Below are positions 22,677 to 35,220 of a DNA stretch of 64,000 nt, one piece after another. The notes beneath the pieces are model-generated. The model was not told where the DNA came from and did not search any database. It saw only the letters and a program-made list of their open reading frames with translations. Source of the DNA: Eledone cirrhosa (taxonomy: Eukaryota); NCBI GenBank assembly GCA_964016885.1, contig OZ024743.1:15686001-15750000 (forward strand), written 5' to 3'. Every line of letters begins with the position of its first letter. The stretch's first letter is position 1. The position numbers were made by a program, and so were the translations under genes.

Positions 22677-25600
22677 TTTTCTTTATTAACCACAAGGGTT
22701 TACATGAAGTAGACATTAAGGACAGTACAGGACAATACAGGACGGTACAAATGGGCATTTTTGCGTGTAAAAAAAAACAGAGGATGTAATAAAATAACAA
22801 AGAAAAAATCCCCAATAGGGGGAGACTTCCGAGGGACATTTGTGGAGAAAGCCCATTAAAAGACCACAGAGACCCTGACCACCAGGGCAAGTGCCCTCTC
22901 CCAGTTTTCTACCTTTAATTTACAGACACATACTCAGAGAAGGCCCATTCATTCGGGCCATACTTGCTTCTCTCACCCATCTTTCAACAAAATGCTGGGA
23001 AGAGAGCACTTCCCTCCCTACCCTGATTTTCCTTTTCAAATGAAATTTGAAAAAGTTAATCAGGGCATCACCGAAGAGGTAAGTGCTCGTCTTCAGCCCT
23101 TTCAAACGTGTCCACCATACTATCTCTTTCGCCATGGCCACCAGACAGATAAAAACTGCCTGCCCTTCCCGGCTAAAGGAAGAGGGCGGGGCAATCCTCA
23201 CGATGGACTCAGATGATAGCCGGATACGTCCTACACGCGACAGCAGGTGTTCGACATAAACCCACAAGTCAGCAATGCTAGGACACTGGATGAGTGCGTG
23301 CAGGACGGTTTCGTCGCTCTGCGTGCATATCGGACATGCCCGGCTGACGGCACCTCCATGCCTGTAGAGTTTATCCCGAACTGGCAAGGCTCCTCGGTAG
23401 CACTGAAAAGCCAGAGATTTCTGGAAGTTGTCCATAGGTCCCGGCCCGAAAGTTCTTCCGAAGAGTTTGGCTAGTTGATTTTCGTCGACGCCTAGAGTTT
23501 CCCCAAGTATGTCGTCGCTCTTCCCCTCCACTAATCCTCTATAGAACGCCAAGGTGGAGTTTCCACCGATCACATTGCCCGATTGGTCGAGGGCTGTGAG
23601 CGCCTGAAGACATTCCTGTCTCCAGGCGCTCCCTCTCGGTCTTCGCTTGACCCAGGACTGCAGCTCCGTCAAGGAAACGAGCTGGGGAAATACATGTCTA
23701 GCAAACGGCGACCACACCTGATCACCGTCGAGGAAGAGGTGGAGATGTCGTAGCCTGAGCGCGTGTCTGCGCATCATCAGCCACGGCATGCCTAGCCCTC
23801 CACGTAGCGGGTGTTGACACCAGATGGATCGCTTGACCATCGGAGCGCGCCCCTTCCACAAAAAGCGAAAGAGCAAACGCTCCAGCGCAGTCAGGCGGGG
23901 CTCAGGACAAGGTACGAGCTGCAGGTCCACTGACTTTTCCTGGTTGATCATTGCTCCTGTCACCGCTTCCTATTCTCTTAGTGTAGTGCCGATCGCCTCG
24001 ATGTGTTTGGCGTTCGACACCACTACGGTGACATCGTCCGCATATGCTGACACGGATCTTCCGCATCCTAGTTCGTGCGGGACGCCCCTCAACGTCTCCA
24101 GTTTGTGCAGTAATGGCTCGAGAGTCTATACGTACAAGAGGGACAAGAGGGGACATCCTTGGCGGACCGAGCGCATGATGTTGAACGGTTCCGAAAGGTG
24201 ACCGTTCACTCTCACCACAGAGCAGATGTCGCTGTGCATGGCAGCGATCCAGCCTCTGAAGACGGGCCCAAAGCCAGCCGCCCTCAGGACTGCCGCTAGG
24301 TAACGATGGTTGACCCTATCGAAAGCTTTCGACTGATCTAAATTGATCAAGATCCACCCGTGCCAGGTTCCTTAGCTACCCTCTCTACGATGTATTGCAT
24401 GAGGTGGAGGTTGTCGTGGATGGATCTGTCGGGAATGGCGCATGTCTGCGCCTCTCCCACCAGACTACCAACGACAAGCGCCAACCTCTTTGCTAGCACA
24501 TTGGCCAAAATCTTGAACTCTGTGTTTAGCAGAGTTATGAGCCTGAAATTATCTATGTTATCCCCCTTGTTTGGATCCTTTCTCAGCAGTGCCACCGCTC
24601 CTCGGCTCACAGAGCTGAACATTTTCCCGTTCTGTTGCCAGTTGCAGTAGTCGTCCGCCAAGAGGCCTCCGAACAAGTCTGGCATGCGCCCGTCGTGGTC
24701 CACCAAAGACCGGATCGTGGCTTTGTTGCGACGACGCGCCTCCGCCACTCGGGCCCATTGAACGGCTTTGTCCCCTCGTGTCTGAGAGCACGCACCCTAG
24801 CACTGACAACGCAGCTTTCGTGCTTTGCATTGAAGAATTGGTCAAGGGCCAATTTCGCCGCAAGTACGTCGGTCGCGATGCCTTTGCTAAGCGCCTCGTC
24901 TAATTTTCTAACTAGTTCTCCCTCTGCTCTATTTTTCTCTATTACTAAAGCCTTACTAAACCTAATAGACTCTATTCTAATCGCTCTTTTCAGAGCAAAC
25001 CACCACTTGTTGTTGACGATGACCCCCGTCAACGCCCGCTTAACTAGTTCGCTAATCCGGTCTCTGTAGGCCTTGCACGCTGGTAAGGACGCGTTTAGCT
25101 TCCAGTAGCCGGGTACTTGTCTATGAAGCCTATCTATGTCAAGCACACAGATCACGAATTTGTGGTCCGTGTAGCTCACTATTTTGTATTGTGGACAGCC
25201 TATGCTAGACCTATCTATTTCCCTACAAAATACTCTATCTAGATATGATCTGGATGACCCTATGCGATTTGTCCAAGTCTACATTGGCACATTCGGGAAA
25301 TCCAATCGGTACCTGTCAGACAGTTCAAAACGCCTGAGCAGGTTGGTGAGCCTCTTGTACCCTCCTCCCCTATCCGCTAATCCCACACAGTCGCAGCGTG
25401 CATCTAAGATCCCGTTCCAGTCGCCCACTAACACTAAAGAGCGGGACGTTCCAAGAAAGGTCTCCAGACGCCGGAAGAAATCAGGCCGCCCTGCTCCGGT
25501 TGGGGCATTGACGGCCACTAGCCTGAAAGCTTGCCCGTCTCCGCTGGTCACATCCAGCACCACCAACTTACCTTCTGGGTCCAGGAAGATGGCCCGTATG

Positions 25601-28012
25601 GCGAGATCCAAACCTCTCCAAAAAGGCACAGCAACTCCTCCCCCCGATCCAGGACGGCTGGAAGATGCGTACACATCGTAGCCGCCGAAGATCGGTGCGA
25701 AGGCCCGTGCTTCGGAGATTCTGGTCTCGCTGATGGCCACTACATCTATGTTTAGTGACCTGAGGTCGTTGAGCAGGTGGCCTTGCTTCCATGAAGACCC
25801 CAAGCCACGTGCATTTATGCTGCCTATTCTGAGTGAGGTCATGTTGAAATGGAGTGGAAAAATGGGAAAGACCACTCACCTTACTTCTCGCAGAGGAAGG
25901 ATGGTTTCTCCACCCTTTTCACTGTTTGTGGTCTCCTCTGGAATAATGTCCTTATAAATCCTCCTGGAGAGTGCTTGTCGGAAGTCTCCGATGTTTTGGG
26001 GGAATTTTTGTTTTAGTGTCGTGTACATTTTCTGTGTGATGCGAGTGATTTGTATGTGTTGAGGTGGTGTGAACATTTGGGGTGTTGTGTAATCTTTTTC
26101 TGTGATGCTGGTGTTGTGTTGTATGTAGTATAATAATTGGTTGGATGTAGTGTAATAATTTAATGCTGTGTAGTGTGTATCGTTTTGGTTGTTTTGTTTT
26201 GTTTGCGTTTGTTGTGGGTTTGTTTCTGTTTCGCTTTTTGGTGGCTTTTGTGGTGTTGGTGATGGTGGTGTTGGGGTTAATGATGGTGATGGGTGGGGTG
26301 TTTGTGGTGATGGGGTTGGTAATGCTGGTGTGGATGGTGGCATACCTGTCCTAACTTTTTTGTTTGATAGTTTATTTGTTTCCCTCTGAATTGTGTTTTT
26401 GGAGGAGGAAGGAAGATGATTTTTTTTCTTTTTTGGCTTCTTTTTCTTTTTTTCTTTTTTCCTGAAACCGTTTCCCACTCCTCATCGTCACAATCTGTTT
26501 CCAGTTGCGATAGGTCGGGGAGTGGAAAATCCTCCACAGGCGTTGGTTTTGGTTGTGGCGGGGTGGATGGTGGAGGCGCTGGTGCTAGTTCTGGCGCGGT
26601 GGGTGGTGGTGGTGTTGGTTTTGCTACTGTTGCTGGGGTTGTTGCTGTTACAGTTGCTTCTGTTGTTGCTGCCATTTCTGCTGCTGGTGGTGTTGATGGT
26701 TGAGTCACTGGGGTGGGTACGAGGGGTGGCCTCAACCTTTTAGCCTGAGGGCAGAAAGCCCTTAGGTGGGTTCCTTCACCACAAACGACACACCTAGGCC
26801 TTCTGCCCTCGACGATTACGGTGAGGTGGCTGAGGTCAGTGAGGTCTATTACCTCTGGGATCTCCTTAATGCTTTTTTGGTCCGCTTGGATCAGGAGCTC
26901 CATCCCAGATCCGGACCAGTTCTCCTGTTTTACTTTCGCTATTTCGATTATCTTGGTGTTGACCTCGATGCCGGCGAGGACGGCAGCCATTAGCCAGGGA
27001 ATTTCGATGGCCGGTGGAACGTGGGTCACCCTGATCTTCACGAGTCTCTGGACACAATAGCTTGGGACGCGTATGAAGTCGTCACTTCTTAATGGGGCCA
27101 TGGAGTGATCTCTGGCCTCCTGTGGTGTTCCAAAGAACACGTCCACGGTTCCATATATCTGCCCACGACTGATGTGGGGTTTTTTTCCCACACATGTCCC
27201 AAAGCTTTTTGGATTTGGGACTCGGATGCCCGTTCCACTCAGCGCGATTTTATGTTAATCGTCCGATAAGACACAGTGCATAGGCGCCGATGCTCCATTT
27301 CATTTGGTGGGGGGTAGGGGGGTGACCCTGTACCCATCTTTCTTTATCATTCTCTTGGCTTCATCTATTTCCTCCTGAGTTACCTGGATTGTTTCGCATT
27401 TTTTGTCTGCCTTCGCAAATGACACGATGTTATTCTCATTGTTGTTGTTGCTGTTGTTGTTATTGTTATTTTTGTTATTGTTATTTTTAGCTTCAGTTGT
27501 GGTGGTGGTGGCGTCAGTGATGTTCGGTGTGGAAGAGTCCATTCTGGGTGAATCCATTTCTATGTCACGAGATAATTTATTTTTTCTTTTGTTTCTGTTG
27601 TCGCTGTAGTGGTGGTGGGGATGGCGGCTTCAACACCTGCAGTCATTGTTAATGGCGGGAAATGAGTGTCTGCATGAGACAAATTTAAATTATTGCCACT
27701 GCTTATATTTTTAGTGTTGGCAAACGTAGTAATATTTACAATGTTGGTGTCGGTGTGAGGTGTTAGTTTGTGAGGAAGGTGTGATTGTGAGTCGTCCATG
27801 ATTTTTCCAAAGAAATTTTTGTTTGATAATTATAAAAGTTTAAAATTTGGGCTCAAGGCCCCAATCTTTTTGAGTGTCCTTTTTCGAAAGCAAATTTTGT
27901 GACCTTATAAACAGTTAACAACAAAAATTTACCATAAATGGCAATTGTAAACAAACGAAAACAACAAGCCTTTGCGGTGCTCACGATGATACGATTTCCT
28001 ACGTAGGTCGCC
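22677..28012 (-). mobile_element. Tx1 copy 4, full extent, with two ~250-nt ORF2 deletions
   Basis: ORF2 and 3'UTR nearly identical to copy 1. Different 5'UTR/ORF1 (knuckle CVVCGEGTHLRAFC). Deletions at ~23915 and ~24685 relative to copy 1. (AAT)n on both sides. Confidence 0.93.
25876..27799 (-). pseudogene. Tx1 copy 4 ORF1, frameshifted
   Basis: ORF pieces 27560-27799, 27300-27557, 26277-27191 (knuckle, Pro/Thr linker) and 25876-26478 (C-terminal domain ending PLREVR*). Confidence 0.85.
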
Positions 28013-28032
28013 AATAATAATAATAATAATAA

Positions 28033-28220
28033 TTGTTTCTACTATTGGCACAAGGCCAGCAATTACTCAGTACATTACTGGTACTTTATTTTATCAACCT
28101 CGTAAGGATGAAAGGCAAAGTTAACCTCGGCGCGATTTGAACTCAGAATGGCAAGGGCCGTAACTCTATGCGTCAAAGCATGGCGTCCGACCCTCTACCA
28201 ATCTTGCCAGTTCACCGCCC
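28033..28220 (-). mobile_element. tRNA-derived SINE (family A), full length, within (AAT)n
   Basis: Colinear with 22464-22650. (AAT)n at 28013-28033 and 28223-28256. Confidence 0.9.
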
Positions 28221-28258
<38 letters not shown>

Positions 28259-28259
28259 A

Positions 28260-29560
28260 TTCTCATAACCTCCTTTTCATGGTTTGGGTGTTACTGCTGA
28301 TTATTTAGGACTATCCCTCCGGCTTAACATAAGCTTAAGACTTGGAAATCGAATAGTTCTCTAATTTAATAGACAAAACCTTTTGAAGAATATGCTCTCA
28401 AAAGCACTGATTTCTGAAGAATAGTTAGAATGTACTCTACGCTGAGTTTTTGTGGTCATGGCAATATGATGAGATTAATCCCAAACCACCAATGATCATG
28501 GGAATGACGCATATATCTCTATTCCCATCCTTGCTATTATAGTAATTTCCTAACTTCTCATTTCCATTTCCCAATACATTGTTATCTGCTGTGCAGGCTT
28601 CATCAATTATAAAACTCCTATTTGTCAGTTTCTGTCTGGTCGTCTGTGTTTGATCTCTCTATCCATTTGTATGCTCATATCCCAGAATATCTTAATAATT
28701 TCGTTTTCTACCAGAGATTCTGGTTTGTGCTGGTACTATTTTTCAACAACATCAATGCCATACTTCTTGTACATTATCCAATGTGGATTAACACTCACCT
28801 TGCCATGCCTTCTTCTATATTCTTTTTGTGCTAATGGCCCAAAGTTGCTGACAATATGCAATATATATTCTCCTCAGGAATCCCACACAATCTACATTTA
28901 TTTGACACATTTTGTAAATTCCTCTCTTTACTGCGTTGGTATTTAGAGCTTGCTCATGAGTTGCTAATTGTAAGCTTTCTGTTTCTTTTTCTTAACCTGT
29001 TCACTGACTCACATGCTTTTTTTTTCTGTGTCTGTTTCCATCTGGCCATACGGATCTTTTCTTCTGAATACTTCGTTTTTCATTTTCACCCTCTTGTTTC
29101 TCCTACTATATTTTTATAGAAATTCCTCTTGAGCTACTGTTTCAAACAATTCCTCATCACAATTTGCCAAGTTGTAATATAAGATTCTCACCTCTGATCT
29201 GCAGCATTCCACTATCCTAATAAGGCCTTCCTTCTTCCGATGTACAATCTTTAACACGTCTTACTTTGGGAGCAGAACAACATCATTCACCAATTGTTTC
29301 CTTGTCTGCTTATTCAACTCTTGGCTTTCTTTTTTCATCCACACTATGAATGCAGCACTACACCTGATAGCTGATACTGCCTATACATTTATTGCCAAGA
29401 ATAAATTCATCATATTCAAGTTACTTTTCATCAACAAACTAAACCTTTTCAGATATTCCTCTTTTATTTTAATTTTCCTTACTTTGCACAAGTTCCAATA
29501 CACCCAAATATTTGTATCTTTTTGCATTTGGTTCATCTATTTCTCCGAATCCCCAACAAC
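28260..29560 (-). mobile_element. Old, decayed Dong/R4-like (RLE) LINE remnant
   Basis: Minus-strand remnants resemble the RLY..RKEG, RH..V and TD....R.D/I.DE segments of the 36899-38386 protein. Many stops. Confidence 0.45.
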
Positions 29561-30049
29561 AACTTCAAGTTTCATATGAAGTGGAAAGTGAGAAGAGAGA
29601 TGAGGTGTTGCCTTCTTGTGTTTTATGGAATATGGGTGAGAGTAGTGAGATCAGTGTGGCTGAATAGATCTAATCCGAATATACTTTTCTAAATAAGAGT
29701 AAGTGAACTGGGTGACGTCACTGCCAATGCCCATGAGTTAACAAAGTAATCTGGGGCTTTGTATGGAGGTTATCCCTGGGATTACCCTAAAGTGCAGTCC
29801 CTCACTATTAAAGAACTTCTTTGATATATGTTGATATATGTTGCTCTTTTCTTTATTTTATATTGTTATATATATTTATTCCAATTTCTATAATTGTTAA
29901 TTTTACTGTTTTCACTTGGGTGATTTCCCCTTTCTTTTAGTTGAAGTAAACACCATTTTGTGTTATATTGTGTTATCTTTGCCCTTGGACTATCCCCAGC
30001 CTCTTGGAATCTTGTGTAATATATATTGTTGTCATTATAGTGATAATGA

Positions 30050-30260
30050 TAATAATTGTTCCTTATTTAGGTACAATTTTATGAGGAAAGGGAAAGTCGG
30101 TTATTCTGATGTCACTAATTGACTTGCCTTTTATTTTATCAAACATGTAAGGATCTAAAGCAGTGCAAATCTCAGCAGAATTTGAAACCAATATGTAATA
30201 ACTAGAGTAAATTCTGCATATCCTTCTAAGCGACTCTTAAATAATTCTGCCAGTCAATAG
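30050..30260 (-). mobile_element. SINE family A, highly degraded
   Basis: ttttattttatcaaacatgtaaggat...gcagaatttgaaac...ttctgccagt resembles the family A layout. Confidence 0.45.
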
Positions 30261-30858
30261 TTTTCATGATACTACTACTCATAATAATAACAATAAGAAT
30301 AATGATTATAATTTCTTTTATTGATCTAAAAGTTCCCAAAAACTTTTGGGAATTTAAGAGAGTGAAATATATGCAACATCAAAGATCAGTAGGGATTCCC
30401 ATTATGGCTTCTGTTAATTAATCTTTTGAGGCTACACTGAGAAACATCCACTTTACAATAGGCAAAGCTATGCCACTTTCCACCTTGGCTTTAATATCAT
30501 TAAATTTGTGAGTTTGTTGGCAGAGTTTTTGAGTTGTAATTTAGACGCTTTTTTTGCTGTACTATGTTAAAAATGTTTCTATATCTTGCACAATTTATGA
30601 AGCTATTTTTAATATAGTTTGCATTCTGATATATTTTAGTTATTGCCACCAACTGTGTTTACATTATACATATGTTCGATTATGTTTTTATGTGTATTTT
30701 CTGAAGTGACAATGTATGCATATGTGTTTGAAATTGCATCTGTTTGTTTAATGTTTAACATTTTTTCTTTAAGCCATTCTTTCACAATTTTCTACGTATT
30801 TTCTTTGAAAGACTTAGGGGAAGAGAACTACTATATCTTTCTAGTTATGACTTATTAT

Positions 30859-31045
30859 TGGCAGTATCGGTAGAGGGTCGGACGCCATGCTTTGACGCAT
30901 AGAGTTACGGCCCTTGCCATTTTGAGTTCATATCCCACCAAGGTTAACTTTGCCTTTCATCCTTACAGGATCGATAAAATAAAGTACCAGTAATGCACTG
31001 GGTAATTGCTGGCCTTGTGCCAATAGTAGAAACAATTATTATTAC
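30859..31045 (+). mobile_element. tRNA-derived SINE (family A)
   Basis: Reverse complement of 28033-28220. Ends ggccttgtgccaatagtagaaacaattattatt. Confidence 0.9.
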
Positions 31046-31449
31046 TATTCCAGGCAACAAATACAATTAAAGGAAATTTAAAAATATAAAATATTAAGAA
31101 CGTTTAAAATCAATATATTATTTTTCCTCTCCAATATAAAAGGGAAAATATTTAAAAGTTTCAAAGCCTAAATATACCATCTTTGCTCCACCACTACCTA
31201 GAAATAGTGCAGGAAGTAAAACGTGACAATAGGCCAATTCTTTTGGAAGTTTTATTACAAATGTCTGCTCATGGCAAATAACAATGATAATGATATTAAT
31301 TATCAGGATCCATGGTGATTTCACATTTTGTAAATATTTGTATATATATTTTGATGCATAAATTTATGGATCTTCATAAAATTATTTTATAATTCTAAAC
31401 ATTTCATTCCATAAAACCTAGCACTCAAACTTGTTTCATTATGTTAAGA

Positions 31450-31650
31450 TTTGCAGAATCATTAAAGTGTTAGACGAAATACCTGTGGTATTGTTCTGAG
31501 TCTTTACATTCTGGTTTTAAATCTCGTTGATTAAAACTTTGGCTTTTATCTTACAAAGATCAATAAGATAAAGTACCGTTTAAGTACTGAGGACAATATT
31601 ATCGACTGTTTATTTTCCCTCTGAAAAAAATTATTGTGACTACGTTAAAA
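31450..31650 (+). mobile_element. SINE family A, highly degraded
   Basis: gcagaatc...aactttggcttttatc...aagataaagtacc. Confidence 0.45.
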
Positions 31651-32299
31651 GTTTGGATTACACCATACATTTTATTTCACAGTTAATGTTGTTTAAAAAA
31701 TAACTTTTGAAACTATGGTTATTGTTTTAGAGATTTTCATTATGTCTTTGATTCTGTTCTATAGTTGAGTTTGTTTATAGAATCACAATGAAACATAGAA
31801 TAATGTTATAGAGTAACTGGACCTATGAAAATCCTGTATTTTATCAATTTTCTTATTCATATTTTGCTGCATACATTTGTTGAGTTTCATAACCTTGTTC
31901 ATTAGATTATGCTTTTGATTTCAATCCATAGCTAAAGTTATAACATAACTCACACACAGAAACATTATGACAAGCAGAACAATACTATATATAATGATTT
32001 CTAACATAGACAACACACCCTAAAAAGTGTATGGAGGAAAGAGTTGATTATGTCTACCAACAGTATTGAACTGGTTCTCGGTCTATCAATCCACAAAAAA
32101 TGGAAATTGATGGTCTCAAAATCTCTAACTTCATGAAATAATATAACCTCATTCGAGAAAGCATATACAAATATTGCATGAAAAACCAGTTCATTTGCTT
32201 TAATTACTGCTTGGAAGGGGCATTGCAACCGTCAACATATGAACTATTCTAGATAGGAGTAACTTTTGGTGGCTGAAATCTTAACATTTGCTTCACTGA

Positions 32300-33030
32300 T
32301 GATATTGTGCTGATAGCAATATTGCCAAATACGTTTCGAAACCTTCATGACAAGGTAAAAAGAGGCTTCTTGAGAGTAGCACCTGGAGATCAACACCAGG
32401 GGGATAAGGGTCATGTTTGGCACTAGGGAACTGGTGCAGCTGAGCATTCAGTGTCAAGGAATCACATTAACTCAATTGGAGAAATTGGGAACAACCAGTG
32501 AATAGGGCTCAGCTAAAGGCAGTAAGGTCTGTGCTTAGGTCCTTCAAAAGCCTGTGGAAAGGTTTTGCTTTCCACAAGAGCAGTAAGTTAAAACTACTGA
32601 AGATTCTAGTGAGGCTGATGTTACAGTAGAGCTGCAAAACCTGGATGTTGAAAACTGCCAATATTGACAAACTGATGTCATTTGAGATAGTATGCAACAG
32701 GTGAGCCCAGTACATCAGCTGATAGGACCGCAAAACAAACAAGTTGAATCTAGAGGAGATGGGAAGAGAGAGTTAGTCAGGCATGACCTTAAGGAAACAA
32801 AACCTTCAATACTTTTGCCATGAAGGAAACAAAACATTCAATACTTTTGCCAAGAACCTCTGCACCCATAACCTGGAAGGACACATCAATGTCAAAGACC
32901 ATGAAGAAGACCAAAGGGACACTATACTGATGACATCAAATATTGAAGAATATTGGTGGAGTGCATGGTCATGTGAGGAAGAGGAGCTAGTGGGAAGCGT
33001 TGGTGTAATTGTCCATGATTCCTGACCATC
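32300..33030 (+). mobile_element. Old RTE (Bov-B-like) LINE 3' remnant
   Basis: Translates LKSLWK...KLKLLKILV...SCKTWML...DKLMSFEI..R and RKQNLQYFCH (compare YGCETW...FE...R / LQYFGH). ~30-nt tandem duplication at 32791-32851. Confidence 0.5.
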
Positions 33031-33613
33031 AGCAATGAGGATGGAAAGAGACCAGACTTATAGGATATGAATATATTAAAACGAAAAAATATACAAACAA
33101 GACAATTATAAATTCTAAGAACAAGTAATTAAGAAATTGAGAAGTAATTAGAAATAAATCACAAAAAAAAGAAATAGAAAAAGAAAGACAAATAAACAAA
33201 TCTTCCCCATGCCATATATAGAACTGATAAACATCTCACTTCTAAACAGAAGCAGTGGTGAGATATTTAAAAAAAGTGAACGTATGAATATATTGTGTTT
33301 TACAATTGGGAACCATCACTGTACTACTATACAAAATAAAGTAAAATGCACTACAAATAATATGTGATTCTCGAAAACCTCAAATCAGCTGTAAATAAGC
33401 CCCCAAATCCCCCAAACACAAAGCCCTGGGAAAATATATACTAAAAATAGAAGGCTGGAGACATGATAATTTGTACTGCAAGAAATGGAATGTCTCCCAA
33501 ATGAAACAGCCACAAAAGAACTGCAAATTATTATTCTGTCGTAGAATGCATCTACTGAAAAGGAGATCAGATAGCAACAACAACCACAATAATAATAATA
33601 ATAATAATAATAA

Positions 33614-34575
33614 AAGCAGGTAAAAGTAACTGCAAAGAAAGAACAGAAAACGCAAAGCAGGTAAAAGTAACTGAAAAGAAAGAACTGCTACAGAAACTGG
33701 CTAAGAAATGGCAAGAAAAGCCTCTGTATGGAAAATACCCAGAACGAGCTAACAATCCTGATGTTGACAAAACTTTAACCCATCAGTGGTTGGCATCCTC
33801 TGGACTGAAATTGGAGACTGAAGGACTTATTATATCAGCACAAGATCAGTGTCTGCCAACAAAAAATTACCAAGCCAACATAATAAAAAATGGATGCAGC
33901 CCATTATGCCGTGTATGCAAAAACCAACCAGAGACCATTGACCATATAATTTCAATGTGCAGTCCTATAGCTCCAACCAAATACCTAAACAGGCATGACA
34001 GAGCTGCACAATACATACATTGGATAATGTGTAAGCATTTTGACCTGCCCCATCAAAAGAATTGGTGGGAGCATCAACCACCTCCCATACTTGAAAAAGA
34101 TCACATCTCAATCTTGTGGAACTTTAGCATCCAAACAGACCGAAAAATAGATGCAAATAGACCTGATATAATATTGAAGGACTTTAAAAAGAGGGTATGC
34201 CTGCTAATTGATATGTCCGTTCCAATAGACAAGAATGTATCTATAAAAACATTTGAAAAATTGAGCAAGTATAAGAACCTGAAGATAGAAATTGGAAAAA
34301 TGTGGAAATTGAGAACTAAAACAATACCAGTGGTTGTAGGCGCTCTGGGAATGATACCTAAGGGGTCTAATGATTACTTATCACAAATCCAAGGAAACCC
34401 GCGTATAGGAGAAATACAAAAGATAGTACTAATGGGAACTGCCCATATACTAAGGAAGATTCTGTCAATATAAGTACATCACAAGTCTAAACACTAAAGA
34501 TGCATGTGTGAGTATGTATGTTCTTTCTTGAACATGGCGGACCTTGTTGTCTCATAAAGTAAGATAAATGCAACT

Positions 34576-34578
<3 letters not shown>
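33614..34578 (+). mobile_element. Dong/R4-type LINE, 5'-truncated (CCHC plus PD..D RLE domain)
   Basis: ORF 33790-34473: CRVC...ETIDHIISMC, RHD, RPDIIL..LLIDMSVP..KLSKY. Near-identical to 36757-37720. (AAT)n on both sides. Confidence 0.92.
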
Positions 34579-34610
<32 letters not shown>

Positions 34611-34613
<3 letters not shown>

Positions 34614-34877
34614 GGTAAAAAGGATTTGGAACTGCCATGAAGTCAAAGTGATCCCGATTGTCATAGGCGCTCTAGGGACTATCTCAAAAAGTTTCCAGGA
34701 ATGGTTAAAGAAAATTGGTCCCTTCACGCTTTTTGGAACGCTTCAAAAGGCATGCTTGCTGGGAACAGCAAGAACCCTCCGATACGTCCTGAATATCTGA
34801 GGCTGCAGGTAGTGGCTTGATATTCATTTCAACAAACTTTCCAGTTAACTAACATCAATGACTGAGACTCAAAGAGT
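34611..34877 (+). mobile_element. Second Dong/R4-like family, 3' fragment
   Basis: Translates VKRIWNCHEVKVIPIVIGALGTISK...LQKACLLGTARTLRYVLNI*, homologous to but distinct from TIPVVVGALG...QKIVLMGTAHILRKILSI. (AAT)n tail. Confidence 0.8.
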
Positions 34878-34910
34878 AATAACAACAATAATAATAATAA
34901 TAATAATAAT

Positions 34911-35220
34911 GCTTTCTTTATTAACCACAAGGGTTTACATAAAGTAGACATTAAGGACAGTACAGGACAATACAGGACGGTACAAATGGGCATTTCTGCG
35001 TGTAAAACAGAGGGTGTAATAAAAAATAACAATGAAAAATTCCCCTATAGGGGGGAGACGTCCGAGGGACATTTGTGGAGAAAGCCCATTAAAAGGCCAC
35101 AGTGACCCTGACCACCAGGGCAAGTGCCCTCTCCCAGTTTTCCACCTTTAATTTACAGACACATACTCAGAGTAGGCCCATTCACTCGGGCCATACTTGT
35201 TTCTCTCACCCATCTTTCAA
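34911..35220 (-). mobile_element. Tx1 3' fragment (copy 1/4 subfamily)
   Basis: Matches 6832-7155 and 22677-22990. (AAT)n on both sides. Confidence 0.92.

Noticed and set aside
6832-28012. The array as a segmental tandem duplication or LTR element
   Set aside because: Copies differ in 5' modules and deletions; there are no LTRs, integrase or protease, and the APE-RT order is that of LINEs.
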